From: a virus
Lineage: Duplodnaviria; Heunggongvirae; Uroviricota; Caudoviricetes
Direction: 5' to 3' (one strand)
Virus record (IMG/VR): IMGVR_UViG_3300028886_000029
Location: 270,007-334,006 of that record
DNA length: 64,000 bases
The notes beneath the pieces were generated by a model. It was given only the letters and a program-made list of their open reading frames with translations, was not told the DNA's origin and searched no databases. Position numbers and translations under genes: made by a program. This document shows positions 9,876 through 20,004 of this stretch, piece after piece. Numbering within the stretch: the stretch's first letter is position 1; every line of letters starts with the position of its first letter.

Positions 9876-11555
9876 TTATGGTTCAACTTCTTCGTCAGTC
9901 ACAGGCTCATGCATACCAGGAGCGACAGGTGTAACCGTGTTTTCAGGTACGACAGTGTAAACCTTCTTACCGTCCTCAACTGACTCAATCGCTTTATAGC
10001 CTTCGGCAACAAAACTTACAGGACCGCTTGGCTCACCGTAAGAGACCTCAGGGTTAAACTCATAGAATTTACCGCCATAAACATTAATCTTAGCAGTACC
10101 GCTTGTGTAATCGGAGTCATGACAGTTAAGCAAGAACTTAAGGTTACCGTTGGCATCCCTATCAGCGGTGTCGGCGTTCGTTAACTTAAACACACCATCA
10201 TAAACATTGATGACACCTTTTTCGGCATAAAGTGTATGTGTGCAACCCTCATATTCACCACCATGAATGTTTAATGTGGCACCTGTTGCCGCAACCCATA
10301 AACCATAGCCCTCACCTGTGTTCGCCATTTTACCGTCACCGTAGATGTCAATAGTAGGTGTTGTACCCCTAAGTAACATTATACCGTTTTTGTAACTGGT
10401 CTCAATCTTATGACCATTTAAGTTATACCTATAATTACCGTTTGTCAAAATACCAAAGGCAAGAGTTGTGTTACCGCTGTAGTCGGCTGTTAATGTGTAA
10501 ATACCAGGATTGTTAACCATTCTCTTGACCTCCACATCATCAGGAACCAACCACTCCATAGGCTCAATTGTTCCCTCACCCACAAACTCATCAACAAACT
10601 CAGTCACATCAGTACCATACACCTTGACATTACCTTGTTTCATAATCAACTTGTTAATGTGTGATGACGCTCTCATGACTAAAGTATCGTCTTTCACTGT
10701 TGCGGTAACCTCGTTCCATTTGTTACCTGATATTGTGACATCACCATTAGGGGCGTAAATCTCAACATCAGCGGAATCCTCATTAGCGCAAGCAGGTACA
10801 CTTAAAGTACCAGTTGTCATTGTCTGTATCATAACATCATCACCATAAATCATACCAGGAACAGAAACATTACCCTCAATGTTCTCATCAAATGTTATGG
10901 TTCCGCTAACTTCAGGCTTGGTTCCTGTCGTTGAAGCAATAGATTTGTTAGACCAGATATTGTTGAATTTACCACCAAGGTTAACATTACCGACAGAATC
11001 AATAACAATGTCAACAGGCTCCTCACTGGTGTTCACGATTGAAACAGTCTTAGGGCTGTGGTTGGTGATTGTCGCACCGTCAGCACATGCGCCTGTAATG
11101 TACAATGACTGTGTAACCTCCTCAGGTATTGTGATATTGTTTAATGTTTCACCCTCAGGTATTGTAATTTTAGTTGTGCTTGTCGCAGTGGTTATTTGGT
11201 CAACAATAGCGTTCGCAGTCGCATCTTGTGCCTCAGTGTTTGGTTTTTCCTCAGGTTTTGTGAAATCATGCTCAGGCTCAGGTTCTGGTGTGGGTTCAGG
11301 TTCTGGCTCAGGTTCTGGTTCTGGCTCAGGTTCAGGGGTGGGTTTTTCTTCAGCATCAATGGTTGCCACCAATTGTGCGCTCAAAACCTTCATTGAATCA
11401 ACACCATTTGCTGTAGGGTCAAAACCCTCAACAATGACCTCAGATTCTCCGGCGCAAACATCATCACCAGCCATTTCCATGACTTTGGGAATCATACCTT
11501 CAAATGCGGTTCCCTCTACAAAATCATATTCATTAAAATTGTGATTTATTTTCAT
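9876..11555 (-). CDS. protein with N-terminal anchor-like domain, (PE)n linker and beta-rich C-terminal region; probably virion surface
   Basis: PTPEPEPEPEP linker; IYGDG/IHGG/VYDG/VYGG beta-helix-like repeats; N-terminus paralogous to 11577..11780. Confidence 0.7.
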   Translation of the reverse strand: MKINHNFNEYDFVEGTAFEGMIPKVMEMAGDDVCAGESEVIVEGFDPTANGVDSMKVLSAQLVATIDAEEKPTPEPEPEPEPEPEPEPTPEPEPEHDFTKPEEKPNTEAQDATANAIVDQITTATSTTKITIPEGETLNNITIPEEVTQSLYITGACADGATITNHSPKTVSIVNTSEEPVDIVIDSVGNVNLGGKFNNIWSNKSIASTTGTKPEVSGTITFDENIEGNVSVPGMIYGDDVMIQTMTTGTLSVPACANEDSADVEIYAPNGDVTISGNKWNEVTATVKDDTLVMRASSHINKLIMKQGNVKVYGTDVTEFVDEFVGEGTIEPMEWLVPDDVEVKRMVNNPGIYTLTADYSGNTTLAFGILTNGNYRYNLNGHKIETSYKNGIMLLRGTTPTIDIYGDGKMANTGEGYGLWVAATGATLNIHGGEYEGCTHTLYAEKGVINVYDGVFKLTNADTADRDANGNLKFLLNCHDSDYTSGTAKINVYGGKFYEFNPEVSYGEPSGPVSFVAEGYKAIESVEDGKKVYTVVPENTVTPVAPGMHEPVTDEEVEP

Positions 11556-11576
11556 ATTGTTTTTATGTTTTTTTAA

Positions 11577-11780
11577 TTATTTTTCCGCAACTAATGTTCC
11601 GCTAATGGTCTTCATTGAATCAACACCGTTTGCTGTGGGGTCAAACGCCTCAACCACAACATCTGTCTGGCCAGTGCAAACATCATCACCAAGTCTTTCC
11701 ATAAGTCTTGGAATTAAACCCTCAAAGGATTTACCTTCTTTGAAGCCATATCTTTTCATCTCAACATTAACTTTCTCCAT
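11577..11780 (-). CDS. small protein, stand-alone copy of the N-terminal domain of 9876..11555
   Basis: Shared GDDVC.G...V.VE.FDPTANGVDSMK; ACTATTTAT upstream. Confidence 0.75.
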   Translation of the reverse strand: MEKVNVEMKRYGFKEGKSFEGLIPRLMERLGDDVCTGQTDVVVEAFDPTANGVDSMKTISGTLVAEK

Positions 11781-11868
11781 GTTATCAATTGATTTAAATT
11801 GTTATTTTTATGATAAATAGTTAATATTTTAAGAAAATATAACAATTAAAGAAAAATATTAAAAAACA

Positions 11869-13192
11869 TTATGATGATATGTCTTGTACTGTCCAATTAG
11901 TTGGGATACCACTTGTACCAGTTGTCCATCCTGTCATTGATGGTGCTTTGATAAATGTTCCAGTTGATGAAACTCCGGTTACCCAATTACTTGTACAATT
12001 ACTTGCTGATATATTAGTGGCAAGACATTTAATATAATTTAATCTTGTACAACCTCTGAACATATTACTATAACAAAATTCTGCTAATGTTGTTGCAGGT
12101 AATTCAGGTGCTGTTGCTAAACTTGTACATCCTTCGAACATACTATCATAACAACTACCAACTAATGTAGTTGCTGGTAATATTGAAGGTGCTTGGGTTA
12201 ATGAAGTACAGCCACTGAACATATTATTATAACAATAATATGCTAAAGTAGTAGCCGGCAATTCAGGTGCTTGAACTAAACTTGTACATCCTTCGAACAT
12301 ACTATCATAACAATAATCTGCTAATGTAGTAGCAGGTAATTCAGGTGCTGTGGTAAGATTTGTACAACCATTAAACATATTACTATAACAACTCTGTGTT
12401 AAAGTAGTTGCTGGTAATTCAGGTGCTGTTGTTAATGACCAACAGTTAGTAAACATACTACTATAACAACCATTTTTTAATGTTGTTACAGGTAATTCAG
12501 GTGCTGTTGTTAATGACCAACAGTTAGTAAACATATTACCATAACAATAATTTGCTAATGTTGTTGCCGGTAATGCAGGTGCTGTTGTTAAACTTGTACA
12601 ACGCCAAAACATCATATTATAACAACCTTCTGCTAAAGTTGTGGCAGGTAAAACCAACTTACTTGCATCAGTCAAACCTGTACAATACCTAAATAAATTA
12701 TAAAATGTGTAAGCACTTGTTAATGTTGACAATTCACTAAAACCGGTACTGTTAATTAATGACATTATGTTTCCTTTAAGACTAAACGAACAACTTGTTC
12801 CACTAAAATGGTTATAATTATAATTATATGACATTGTTGCTTTATTTCCTCTGAATTGAACAGTATCACCACTGACAACGGGTATTGATGGTGCTGATGT
12901 ACCGGTTGTAGAGGTTATTTCTGTCCATTCACCATCATTTTTCTTATATTCCAACGTAACTGTATAGGCAGTGTTACTTGCTTTCCAAACAATATTACCG
13001 TCACCCGTTATCTCAAATGTCAATGGTGTTTGGTATAATAAAATCCCTTTCTTTTTCCTCTTCTGTTTTGTTAAACTTCACCTCTTCTTGTGTCTCATCA
13101 CTTAAAAATGATGTCCAAGGTTCAACATAATTAAACAGCCTATCGCTCTCAAAATTGTTTTTGTTTCTGTAATAATGTATGTACTTTCCCAT
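11869..13192 (-). pseudogene. BspA-like LRR protein, paralog 2 (8 repeats), with +1 frameshift near 13040-13075
   Basis: ATG at 13192 encodes the family N-module (MGKYIHYY...YVEPWTS...VKFNK) but stops at 13013; the LRR body (QTPLTFEITG...) is in the +1 frame. Confidence 0.75.
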
Positions 13193-13247
13193 ATTTCTTT
13201 ACTTAAAGATTTATTTTAAATGACCACACCTAAAAAATAAAAAAGAA

Positions 13248-13278
13248 TAGTCAGATACCAATAAATAGTATCTGACTA
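13248..13278 (-). promoter_or_regulatory. palindrome around TATTTAT core upstream of LRR paralog 2
   Basis: TAGTCAGATAC-N9-GTATCTGACTA. Confidence 0.65.
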
Positions 13279-13305
13279 AACAAAAATTAAAATTAACAGA
13301 AAATT

Positions 13306-14022
13306 TTACGACATATGATGCCTTCTCAATATGTTTTGAGCGGTTCCTGACAATTCGGTATAATTCCTCACAAAAGCGATGTCATCAAATGACGCGTTTG
13401 TCATCGCAGCGTCTCTCTCCTCATCGGTTTTAAACCCACCGACAGTGTTGATGATTTTTGGATTGATATTTCTTGGTTTATCAAACATATGGTAAACACA
13501 AATTTTTTCGGGGTCAAATTGAAGCACATTGACAAGATAATCCTGTGCCTTAATATCCGTGCCCTGATAGTCACCGACTACAAACCGCACATCATCTGTT
13601 GTGTCAATGGCAAAATTGATTGATGTTTGGTAAAACCTCTCAAACTCATCATCAGTTATATCCCTGTGACCTGAAATGAAATATGTTTTTTGTCTGTAAT
13701 CCTCAGGGATTGTTGTTTTTTCATACTCCTCTTTCAACAACTCAATTGATTTGTCCCCGACTCTTTCGAACTCATACTTTGATTTAATCAGTTTGTTAAG
13801 TGTTTTTCCTTGCGAAGCGTCAGTTCCACCTGCGATTAAAAGGACATAATCAGACAAGGCGACTTCTTTGTATTTATATGTGGCTCCGTTTTTAAATGTG
13901 ACATACAAATCCACACAATTCCTGTCATCATACTCAACGGCTTCTGTGTAATAGAACATGGTACTGTCAAACCATGCTTTCTCCGTTTTTGCTTTCTCGT
14001 CGTAAATTTTTTTCAGTAACAT
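13306..14022 (-). CDS. KTSC-like domain fused to SLOG-like domain
   Basis: LYVTFKNGATYKY (KTSC-like); YFISGHRDI...FVVGDYQGTD (SLOG/YspA-like). Confidence 0.55.
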   Translation of the reverse strand: MLLKKIYDEKAKTEKAWFDSTMFYYTEAVEYDDRNCVDLYVTFKNGATYKYKEVALSDYVLLIAGGTDASQGKTLNKLIKSKYEFERVGDKSIELLKEEYEKTTIPEDYRQKTYFISGHRDITDDEFERFYQTSINFAIDTTDDVRFVVGDYQGTDIKAQDYLVNVLQFDPEKICVYHMFDKPRNINPKIINTVGGFKTDEERDAAMTNASFDDIAFVRNYTELSGTAQNILRRHHMS

Positions 14023-14078
14023 AGTTGTTTTTTCTTTTTAAAATATATATATTTGGAAAAAAAATCAAGAGAAAATAG

Positions 14079-16625
14079 ATGGATAGAAGTAGTGAATTGA
14101 ACAACTTGTTTAGTTATATGTTGGATGTAGTGGCAAAGGACTATCCTACGACAACCATTAGTCCATATTATTTAATGCTTGCTATTTTGCAAGAAAAAAA
14201 ATCAAACGCATATTTCGGTTTACAGAACTGTTTGACAACACAATCGTTAAACGCTATAGAGACGACACTTAACACCTATTTGTCAACCAAGGCACTTGTC
14301 GCCGTTAAACCAGGTAGAGAAATCACATATGATGACGCGTTCAATAGAATTGTTGCCAACGGTGTTGATGAGGCGGTTAAAGACGGTTCAAAGACACTTA
14401 ACAGCGAACACCTCATTTTAGGTATTCTAAGTAATGACAAACAAAACGACACAATAACAAAAATGTTAAGAAAAGCGGGGTTAATTTATAAAACCTTTGC
14501 TGAGAAAATCAAAAAGGAAAATAACACGCCGAATAATGTTGAAAGAAAAATAGTAATGACAATACCACCTAATGTAGACCCCACACAGATGCTTACAAAT
14601 ATGTTTGGGGGGGAAATACCTGAAAATGTGGCAAAAAGCATGGGGTTAAACCTAAACAAGAAACCAAAAACCAAGACACCTAACATTGATGAATTTTGTA
14701 CGGACTTGAACCATTTGGTTGAGACAGGTAACATAGACAAACTCATTGGTAGGGAAAATGAAACAGATGAGATAATCCGAATATTGGGTAGACGAAGAAA
14801 AAACAATGTTGTAATTGTTGGTCCTGAGGGTGCAGGAAAAACCGCGCTTGCTGAGAACCTTGCGTATAAGATTGTGGAAGGTAGCGTACCAAATTTTCTT
14901 CTTAACAAACACATTGTGTCACTTGACATGACTGCGTTAATCGCAGGTACAACTCTTAGAGGTATGTTTGAAGAGAGGGTTAAGGGTATAATTGATGAGA
15001 TGAAAGAATCAGACAATTATATTTTACTTATTGATAATATTGGTGCGGTACTTGCCGATAAAGGCAAAAACGACTATGACATAACTTCAATGTTGTCACA
15101 TTCCCTTGATAATGGGGAAATACAAGTAATTGGTACTTCAGATTATAAATCTTATAGGACGACATTTGATAAAAATCCGTCCTTGTCAAGAAAGTTTCAG
15201 AAAATGAACATTGATTCACCGTCAATTGAAGAATCAATCGAAATACTTAACGGTATTAAAAAATACTATGAGGACTATCATAAAGTAAAATATACCGATA
15301 AGGCCATTGACAGTTGTGTGAACCTTGCTGTTAAATATATTCCAGAAAGGAACCTTCCTGATTCAGCGATTGACCTTATGGATGAGTCTGGTGCTGTTGT
15401 CGGCACAAAGGCCGACAATAATCCTGAAGTGAATAAGGTTATGGACGAAATCAAAACAACCCAAAAGGAGATTGTCACCAACAAAAATAATGAGAACTTT
15501 GATGTCGCTGATGAGTTGGAAAACAAACTTAAAGGTTTGCGCGACAAACAAAATAAATTGGAAAAACAATTTAAGGAATACAGGAAAAACTATCCTTCAA
15601 CTGTTGACGAAAATGTCATACTTGAAATCGTGTCGAAGAAAACCGGTATTCCGGTTAACAAATTGACAACCGATGACAAAATTAAAATGTTGACCATAAA
15701 CGACAGGCTTAAAGAAGAAATTATTGGTCAAGATGATGCGATTGACACCATATGCAAATCACTTAAACGAAACAGAATCGGCTTGTCAAACAACAAATGT
15801 CTTTGCGCCTATATGTTAGTGGGTCAAACTGCGGTGGGAAAGACACTAACAGCCAAAATGTTGGCCAAAGAAATGTTTGGCGATGAACACGCTTTGATTA
15901 GATTTGACATGTCAGAATACCCTGATAAATCAGCGGTTAACAAACTTATCGGTTCTAACCCAGGATATATCGGTTATGAAGACGGTGGTTTACTTACCGA
16001 AGCCATAAAAAACAAAAAATATTGTGTGCTTCTGCTTGATGAGATTGAAAAGGCTGATAAGGATGTTTACAATATTTTCTTGCAAGTGTTGGATGAGGGT
16101 AGCCTTACCGATAACTCAGGTATGAAAGTTGATTTTAAGAATGTGATTGTGTTATTTACCTCCAACATTGGCGCAAAAACAGCGAATGACTTTAAGAAGG
16201 GTATCGGTTTTAATGAGGACATAAACAAAAACACCCATAAAATCTTGTCCAAGGAACTTAAAAATAAATTTCCCCCTGAGTTTATAAACAGACTTAATGG
16301 TGTTGTTTATTTTAACAATCTTACCGATGACAACCTTAAAGACATCATCAGGCTTGAACTTAAAAAGTCGCAAACAAGGATAAACAATATCGGTTATGAC
16401 ATTAAATATGATGATAACACAGTTGAACACATATTTAGTTTAATCGCACAGGAAAAGGAGTATGGGGCAAGAGCGATAATCAGAACAATACAGACTGAAA
16501 TTGAAGATAAAATAACTGATTTGCTACTCGAAAACGAATATCCTGAAAAATATGTATTTACTGTGGAAAGGGAAACATCAACAATAAATGGTGTAATAAT
16601 TAACAGTGAGTTAAAGATAAGTTAA
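14079..16625 (+). CDS. clpC: ClpC-like AAA+ chaperone
   Basis: Clp N-domain, Walker A GPEGAGKT and GQTAVGKT, RFDMSEY, PGYIGY, LLLDEIEKA, GIGF loop, FPPEFINRL. Confidence 0.88.
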   Translation: MDRSSELNNLFSYMLDVVAKDYPTTTISPYYLMLAILQEKKSNAYFGLQNCLTTQSLNAIETTLNTYLSTKALVAVKPGREITYDDAFNRIVANGVDEAVKDGSKTLNSEHLILGILSNDKQNDTITKMLRKAGLIYKTFAEKIKKENNTPNNVERKIVMTIPPNVDPTQMLTNMFGGEIPENVAKSMGLNLNKKPKTKTPNIDEFCTDLNHLVETGNIDKLIGRENETDEIIRILGRRRKNNVVIVGPEGAGKTALAENLAYKIVEGSVPNFLLNKHIVSLDMTALIAGTTLRGMFEERVKGIIDEMKESDNYILLIDNIGAVLADKGKNDYDITSMLSHSLDNGEIQVIGTSDYKSYRTTFDKNPSLSRKFQKMNIDSPSIEESIEILNGIKKYYEDYHKVKYTDKAIDSCVNLAVKYIPERNLPDSAIDLMDESGAVVGTKADNNPEVNKVMDEIKTTQKEIVTNKNNENFDVADELENKLKGLRDKQNKLEKQFKEYRKNYPSTVDENVILEIVSKKTGIPVNKLTTDDKIKMLTINDRLKEEIIGQDDAIDTICKSLKRNRIGLSNNKCLCAYMLVGQTAVGKTLTAKMLAKEMFGDEHALIRFDMSEYPDKSAVNKLIGSNPGYIGYEDGGLLTEAIKNKKYCVLLLDEIEKADKDVYNIFLQVLDEGSLTDNSGMKVDFKNVIVLFTSNIGAKTANDFKKGIGFNEDINKNTHKILSKELKNKFPPEFINRLNGVVYFNNLTDDNLKDIIRLELKKSQTRINNIGYDIKYDDNTVEHIFSLIAQEKEYGARAIIRTIQTEIEDKITDLLLENEYPEKYVFTVERETSTINGVIINSELKIS

Positions 16626-16630
16626 AAATC

Positions 16631-16660
16631 AAAGAGAGGTAAATGTTTACCTCTCTTTTT
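16631..16660. terminator. bidirectional terminator, near-identical to 36168-36198
   Basis: AAAGAGAGGTAAA-TG-TTTACCTCTCTTT. Confidence 0.8.
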
Positions 16661-16667
16661 ATATATA

Positions 16668-17738
16668 CTAAGCATTAACCTTTGTCCAACCATTTGGAAT
16701 ACCACTTGTACCTGTTGACCAAGCGGTAGTTGATGGGGTGACAAATGTACCGGTTGAACTAACACTACTTGTCCAAGCATATGTACAATTACTTGCTGAT
16801 ATGTCAGTCGCAAGACATTTAATATAATTAAGTCTATTACACCTATTAAACATGCTTCTGTAACATTCATCTATTAATATTGTTGCAGGTAATTCAGGTG
16901 CAGTGGTAAGACTTGTACAATCACTGAACATATTTCTATAACAATAACTTGCCAATTCTACCGCAGGTAACTCTGGTGCTTGAGTTAAACTTGTACAACC
17001 TTTGAACATAAGATTATAACAACCTTCTGTTAATGTAGTTGCAGGTAATATTGAAGGTGCTGTAGTGAGACTTGTACAACCTTCGAACATATTACTATAA
17101 CATTTACTTGCTAATGTAGTCGCAGGTAATATTGATGGTGCTGTTTGTAATATATCACATTGTTTAAACATTACTGTATAACATTGCTCACCCACCTTTC
17201 TTGCCGGTAATAACAAATTACTTGCATCAGTAATTTTCGTTCTAATAAACATATTACGCAATGCGTTATTACCCAACTCAAATATTGTCGGAAAATTGGT
17301 TTTATTAATCAGTGACATAATATTACCTTTGGCCACATAAATAGCCGCATTATTGGTATTTGCTGTTGTTGGGTCAAACGAATTAAACCAGTCACCATTT
17401 GAGTATACCTCATTGTCACCCCTAAATTGAATTATGTCGCCTGTCGTTACGTCAATTACAGTGCCCCCTGTTGTTGATGTAATTGTTACCCAATCACCAT
17501 TGTTCTTTTTATAATCAATTGTTTTGGCGACACCACCTGCTTTGTTCAATCTCCAATATAATTTACCACCTCTTGTGATTTCAAATGTAAGCGGAGTTGA
17601 AATTTTTTTCTCATTTTCATTTTTATTGTAGTTCACTTTCTGGTTTTCAGTGACAAGTGACAGCCAAGGTTCAAGATAATTATAATTTCTTGTCACCCCA
17701 TATTCGTTTGTATTTTCAAAAAAATGTATGTATCTCAT
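16668..17738 (-). CDS. BspA-like LRR protein, paralog 3 (5 repeats)
   Basis: Same N-module (MRYIHFFE...YLEPWLSLV...KVNYNK), repeats and C-cap. Confidence 0.85.
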   Translation of the reverse strand: MRYIHFFENTNEYGVTRNYNYLEPWLSLVTENQKVNYNKNENEKKISTPLTFEITRGGKLYWRLNKAGGVAKTIDYKKNNGDWVTITSTTGGTVIDVTTGDIIQFRGDNEVYSNGDWFNSFDPTTANTNNAAIYVAKGNIMSLINKTNFPTIFELGNNALRNMFIRTKITDASNLLLPARKVGEQCYTVMFKQCDILQTAPSILPATTLASKCYSNMFEGCTSLTTAPSILPATTLTEGCYNLMFKGCTSLTQAPELPAVELASYCYRNMFSDCTSLTTAPELPATILIDECYRSMFNRCNRLNYIKCLATDISASNCTYAWTSSVSSTGTFVTPSTTAWSTGTSGIPNGWTKVNA

Positions 17739-17772
17739 TTTTGTGTTTTTTTATAAAAATATGTCATAAACA

Positions 17773-17803
17773 TAGTCATATACTATTAAATAGTATACGA
17801 CTA
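17773..17803 (-). promoter_or_regulatory. palindrome upstream of LRR paralog 3
   Basis: TAGTCATATACTAT-TAA-ATAGTATACGACTA, one mismatch. Confidence 0.65.
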
Positions 17804-17889
17804 AACAAAAATCAATTTTTGATTGAAAATTTCACCAAAAAAACATTTAATATTTTTATTAATTTTTTAATATTTATAAGAAAAAAATT

Positions 17890-18243
17890 ATGAGAAAGAT
17901 ATTTTTGTTTTTACTTGTTTTCTTGTCGTTATCCGGTTGTGGCTTATTTAAGAAAACGCACAAAACCACAACACAAGAAAATCCATATGACATTATATAT
18001 TCAAGGACAATTGACAACATGACATTGGCTCAGTTTGACTCTATTTGTGTTGCGGACACGCTTTTAGGAGAATTGGATGATTGGTACACATCATATTTTG
18101 TTGATGAGGAAACAAAGGAAACAATCGCAAAACATATCTATATTAAACAAAATAAAAGGTTCAGAACCATTTATGTGTTTACTGTGTACACTGACGAGAA
18201 AAGATATAAAATGACAATTAGAACGGAGGAAGACAATGACTAA
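17890..18243 (+). CDS. lipoprotein
   Basis: Signal peptide with lipobox LSGC. Confidence 0.75.
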   Translation: MRKIFLFLLVFLSLSGCGLFKKTHKTTTQENPYDIIYSRTIDNMTLAQFDSICVADTLLGELDDWYTSYFVDEETKETIAKHIYIKQNKRFRTIYVFTVYTDEKRYKMTIRTEEDND

Positions 18244-18823
18244 GATAATAATAACAGAATCTCAATATAAACATATTATAAACGAGATGACTTCTGAAGA
18301 GATTAACGCTGAGGCTGAAAATGTCAATCTCACACCCACGGAGGCTCAAAAGGAAGCGGGTAATTATCGCATGGCTCACATATCAGTGAAAGGCATGAGA
18401 ATCGCCATTGAAAACCCCAAGGGTAGTAAGAGATACTACTATGAGAATGGTGAACAAAAATACAACATAATGAAAAACCATTATGGTTATTTCAACGTTA
18501 CCAAAGGAAAAGACGGTGATGCGGTTGATGTGTTTATCGGACCTGATGTTGAGAATTTCACTAAGGTCTATTGTGTTGACCAAAACAATAAAGAAGGTGA
18601 ATTTGATGAGACAAAGGTAATGCTTGGTTTCAATAGTAAAAAAGAGGCAAAAGAGGCTTATTTAAGCAATTTTTCTCCCAATTGGAAAGGTTTCAGGTCT
18701 ATAACGGCGGTTAGTCTTAAAACCTTTAAAAAATGGCTTTACAGGGGGAGAAAACAAAGGCTTCCTTTTGCTGAATATGTGGAAATAAAGAAAAAAGAAT
18801 TAAAAGAAAACAAAAAAAAATGA
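18236..18823 (+). CDS. inorganic pyrophosphatase-like (InPase) domain protein
   Basis: IENPKGS, HYGYF, DGDAVDVFIG, FDETKVMLGF. Confidence 0.75.
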   Translation: MTKIIITESQYKHIINEMTSEEINAEAENVNLTPTEAQKEAGNYRMAHISVKGMRIAIENPKGSKRYYYENGEQKYNIMKNHYGYFNVTKGKDGDAVDVFIGPDVENFTKVYCVDQNNKEGEFDETKVMLGFNSKKEAKEAYLSNFSPNWKGFRSITAVSLKTFKKWLYRGRKQRLPFAEYVEIKKKELKENKKK

Positions 18824-19380
18824 AAAGATTTTTTAGTGCGTTAATGGGCATTGCGCTCATTTTAGGAACCAGTTCTTGTAACAAGAACTTCGTGGAAAAA
18901 ACAATTGATGAAGACAAACAAACCATGTACACGGAATTTGGTGATGATTACAGGTGGTTTGAGACCGATGTGGTTCTTGAAAACTGGCTTGATGAAAAAA
19001 ATGACAACACTGTTGAAACAGTTTTAAACATTTTTCAGGTTGTCGAAATAATTGACTCAACAAGCGCAGATGTCTTCGTACATAAATTTGAGCATAAAGA
19101 CAACGAAATCAATAGGACAATAGCACATGATTTTTTTGTTGGTAACCATCAGTTAAACAATGTGAAAATAACTGTTTCTTTCAAAAAAGCATATGATAGG
19201 GTTCAAAAATCCAAATATGAAAAACCTCATAGCAGACAAGTAGTTCTCAGATGGGAAATCGGTGCAGAAGATTGTAACCCCCAATGGATTTTTGGTAACA
19301 CACAGTCACAACTTTATGTTGACGCTCTAACCGGTGAAGTCAGTGACACCAATCCTGCATATTTGCCTGAAAATAAATAA
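18820..19380 (+). CDS. lipoprotein with PepSY-like C-terminus
   Basis: Lipobox TSSC; LYVDALTGEV. Confidence 0.65.
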   Translation: MKRFFSALMGIALILGTSSCNKNFVEKTIDEDKQTMYTEFGDDYRWFETDVVLENWLDEKNDNTVETVLNIFQVVEIIDSTSADVFVHKFEHKDNEINRTIAHDFFVGNHQLNNVKITVSFKKAYDRVQKSKYEKPHSRQVVLRWEIGAEDCNPQWIFGNTQSQLYVDALTGEVSDTNPAYLPENK

Positions 19381-19481
19381 ACAAAAGCAAAATATTCAAG
19401 TCAAAGAATCTCTCCATGAAGAGATTCTTTTTTGTTTTTTTAAATTTTATCGGTATTTTTGTAAAAAATAACGATAATATT

Positions 19482-20000
19482 ATGGATACATTTGGATTTA
19501 TTTGCACAATTTTGTCATTTTTAATGATGACTGTTTTTAATTTTATCTGTATTAAGAGATATGGCTTGTTGTCATGTTACTCCGCATACGGTGAGCAATG
19601 GGCTAATGAGAAAAAGAGCCTTAATGCAATAAACATTTGGTCGTTGGTTACTATTGTGTCAGCCCTATTGTTGGTTCCGCCTATTTTGGTCTCATCTGAT
19701 GGCCATCCCCTTCAGTTTTTGTGTTTCTTCACTCCACTCTACTTGTTTTTGGTCGGCATAACACCTGATTACAATAAGGTTAAAGCACATAACAGATTAC
19801 ATATGACTGGTGTAATTCTCTGTGTCATATCAGTTTTATTTTGGCTGTTTTTTGTTGTACATAGATTGATTATTTTGTTCCCTGTGTATATTTTGGCACT
19901 TGTTATTGGAATGGGAACACGCACATTTGACAAATCTTGGTTATATTATCTTGAAATGGTTATGTATTTGACCGCGTATATTGCGCTTTTAACTGTTTAG
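19482..20000 (+). CDS. multi-pass membrane protein
   Basis: About five or six hydrophobic segments; start MDTFGF downstream of TATTTTTG promoter at 19454. Confidence 0.7.
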   Translation: MDTFGFICTILSFLMMTVFNFICIKRYGLLSCYSAYGEQWANEKKSLNAINIWSLVTIVSALLLVPPILVSSDGHPLQFLCFFTPLYLFLVGITPDYNKVKAHNRLHMTGVILCVISVLFWLFFVVHRLIILFPVYILALVIGMGTRTFDKSWLYYLEMVMYLTAYIALLTV

Positions 20001-20004
20001 TGAT

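Noticed and set aside
11556-11579. Stop readthrough fusing 11577..11780 to 9876..11555
   Set aside because: In frame with no intervening stop, but the stop is TAA and the second gene has its own ATG and A-rich leader; same-frame spacing occurs one time in three by chance
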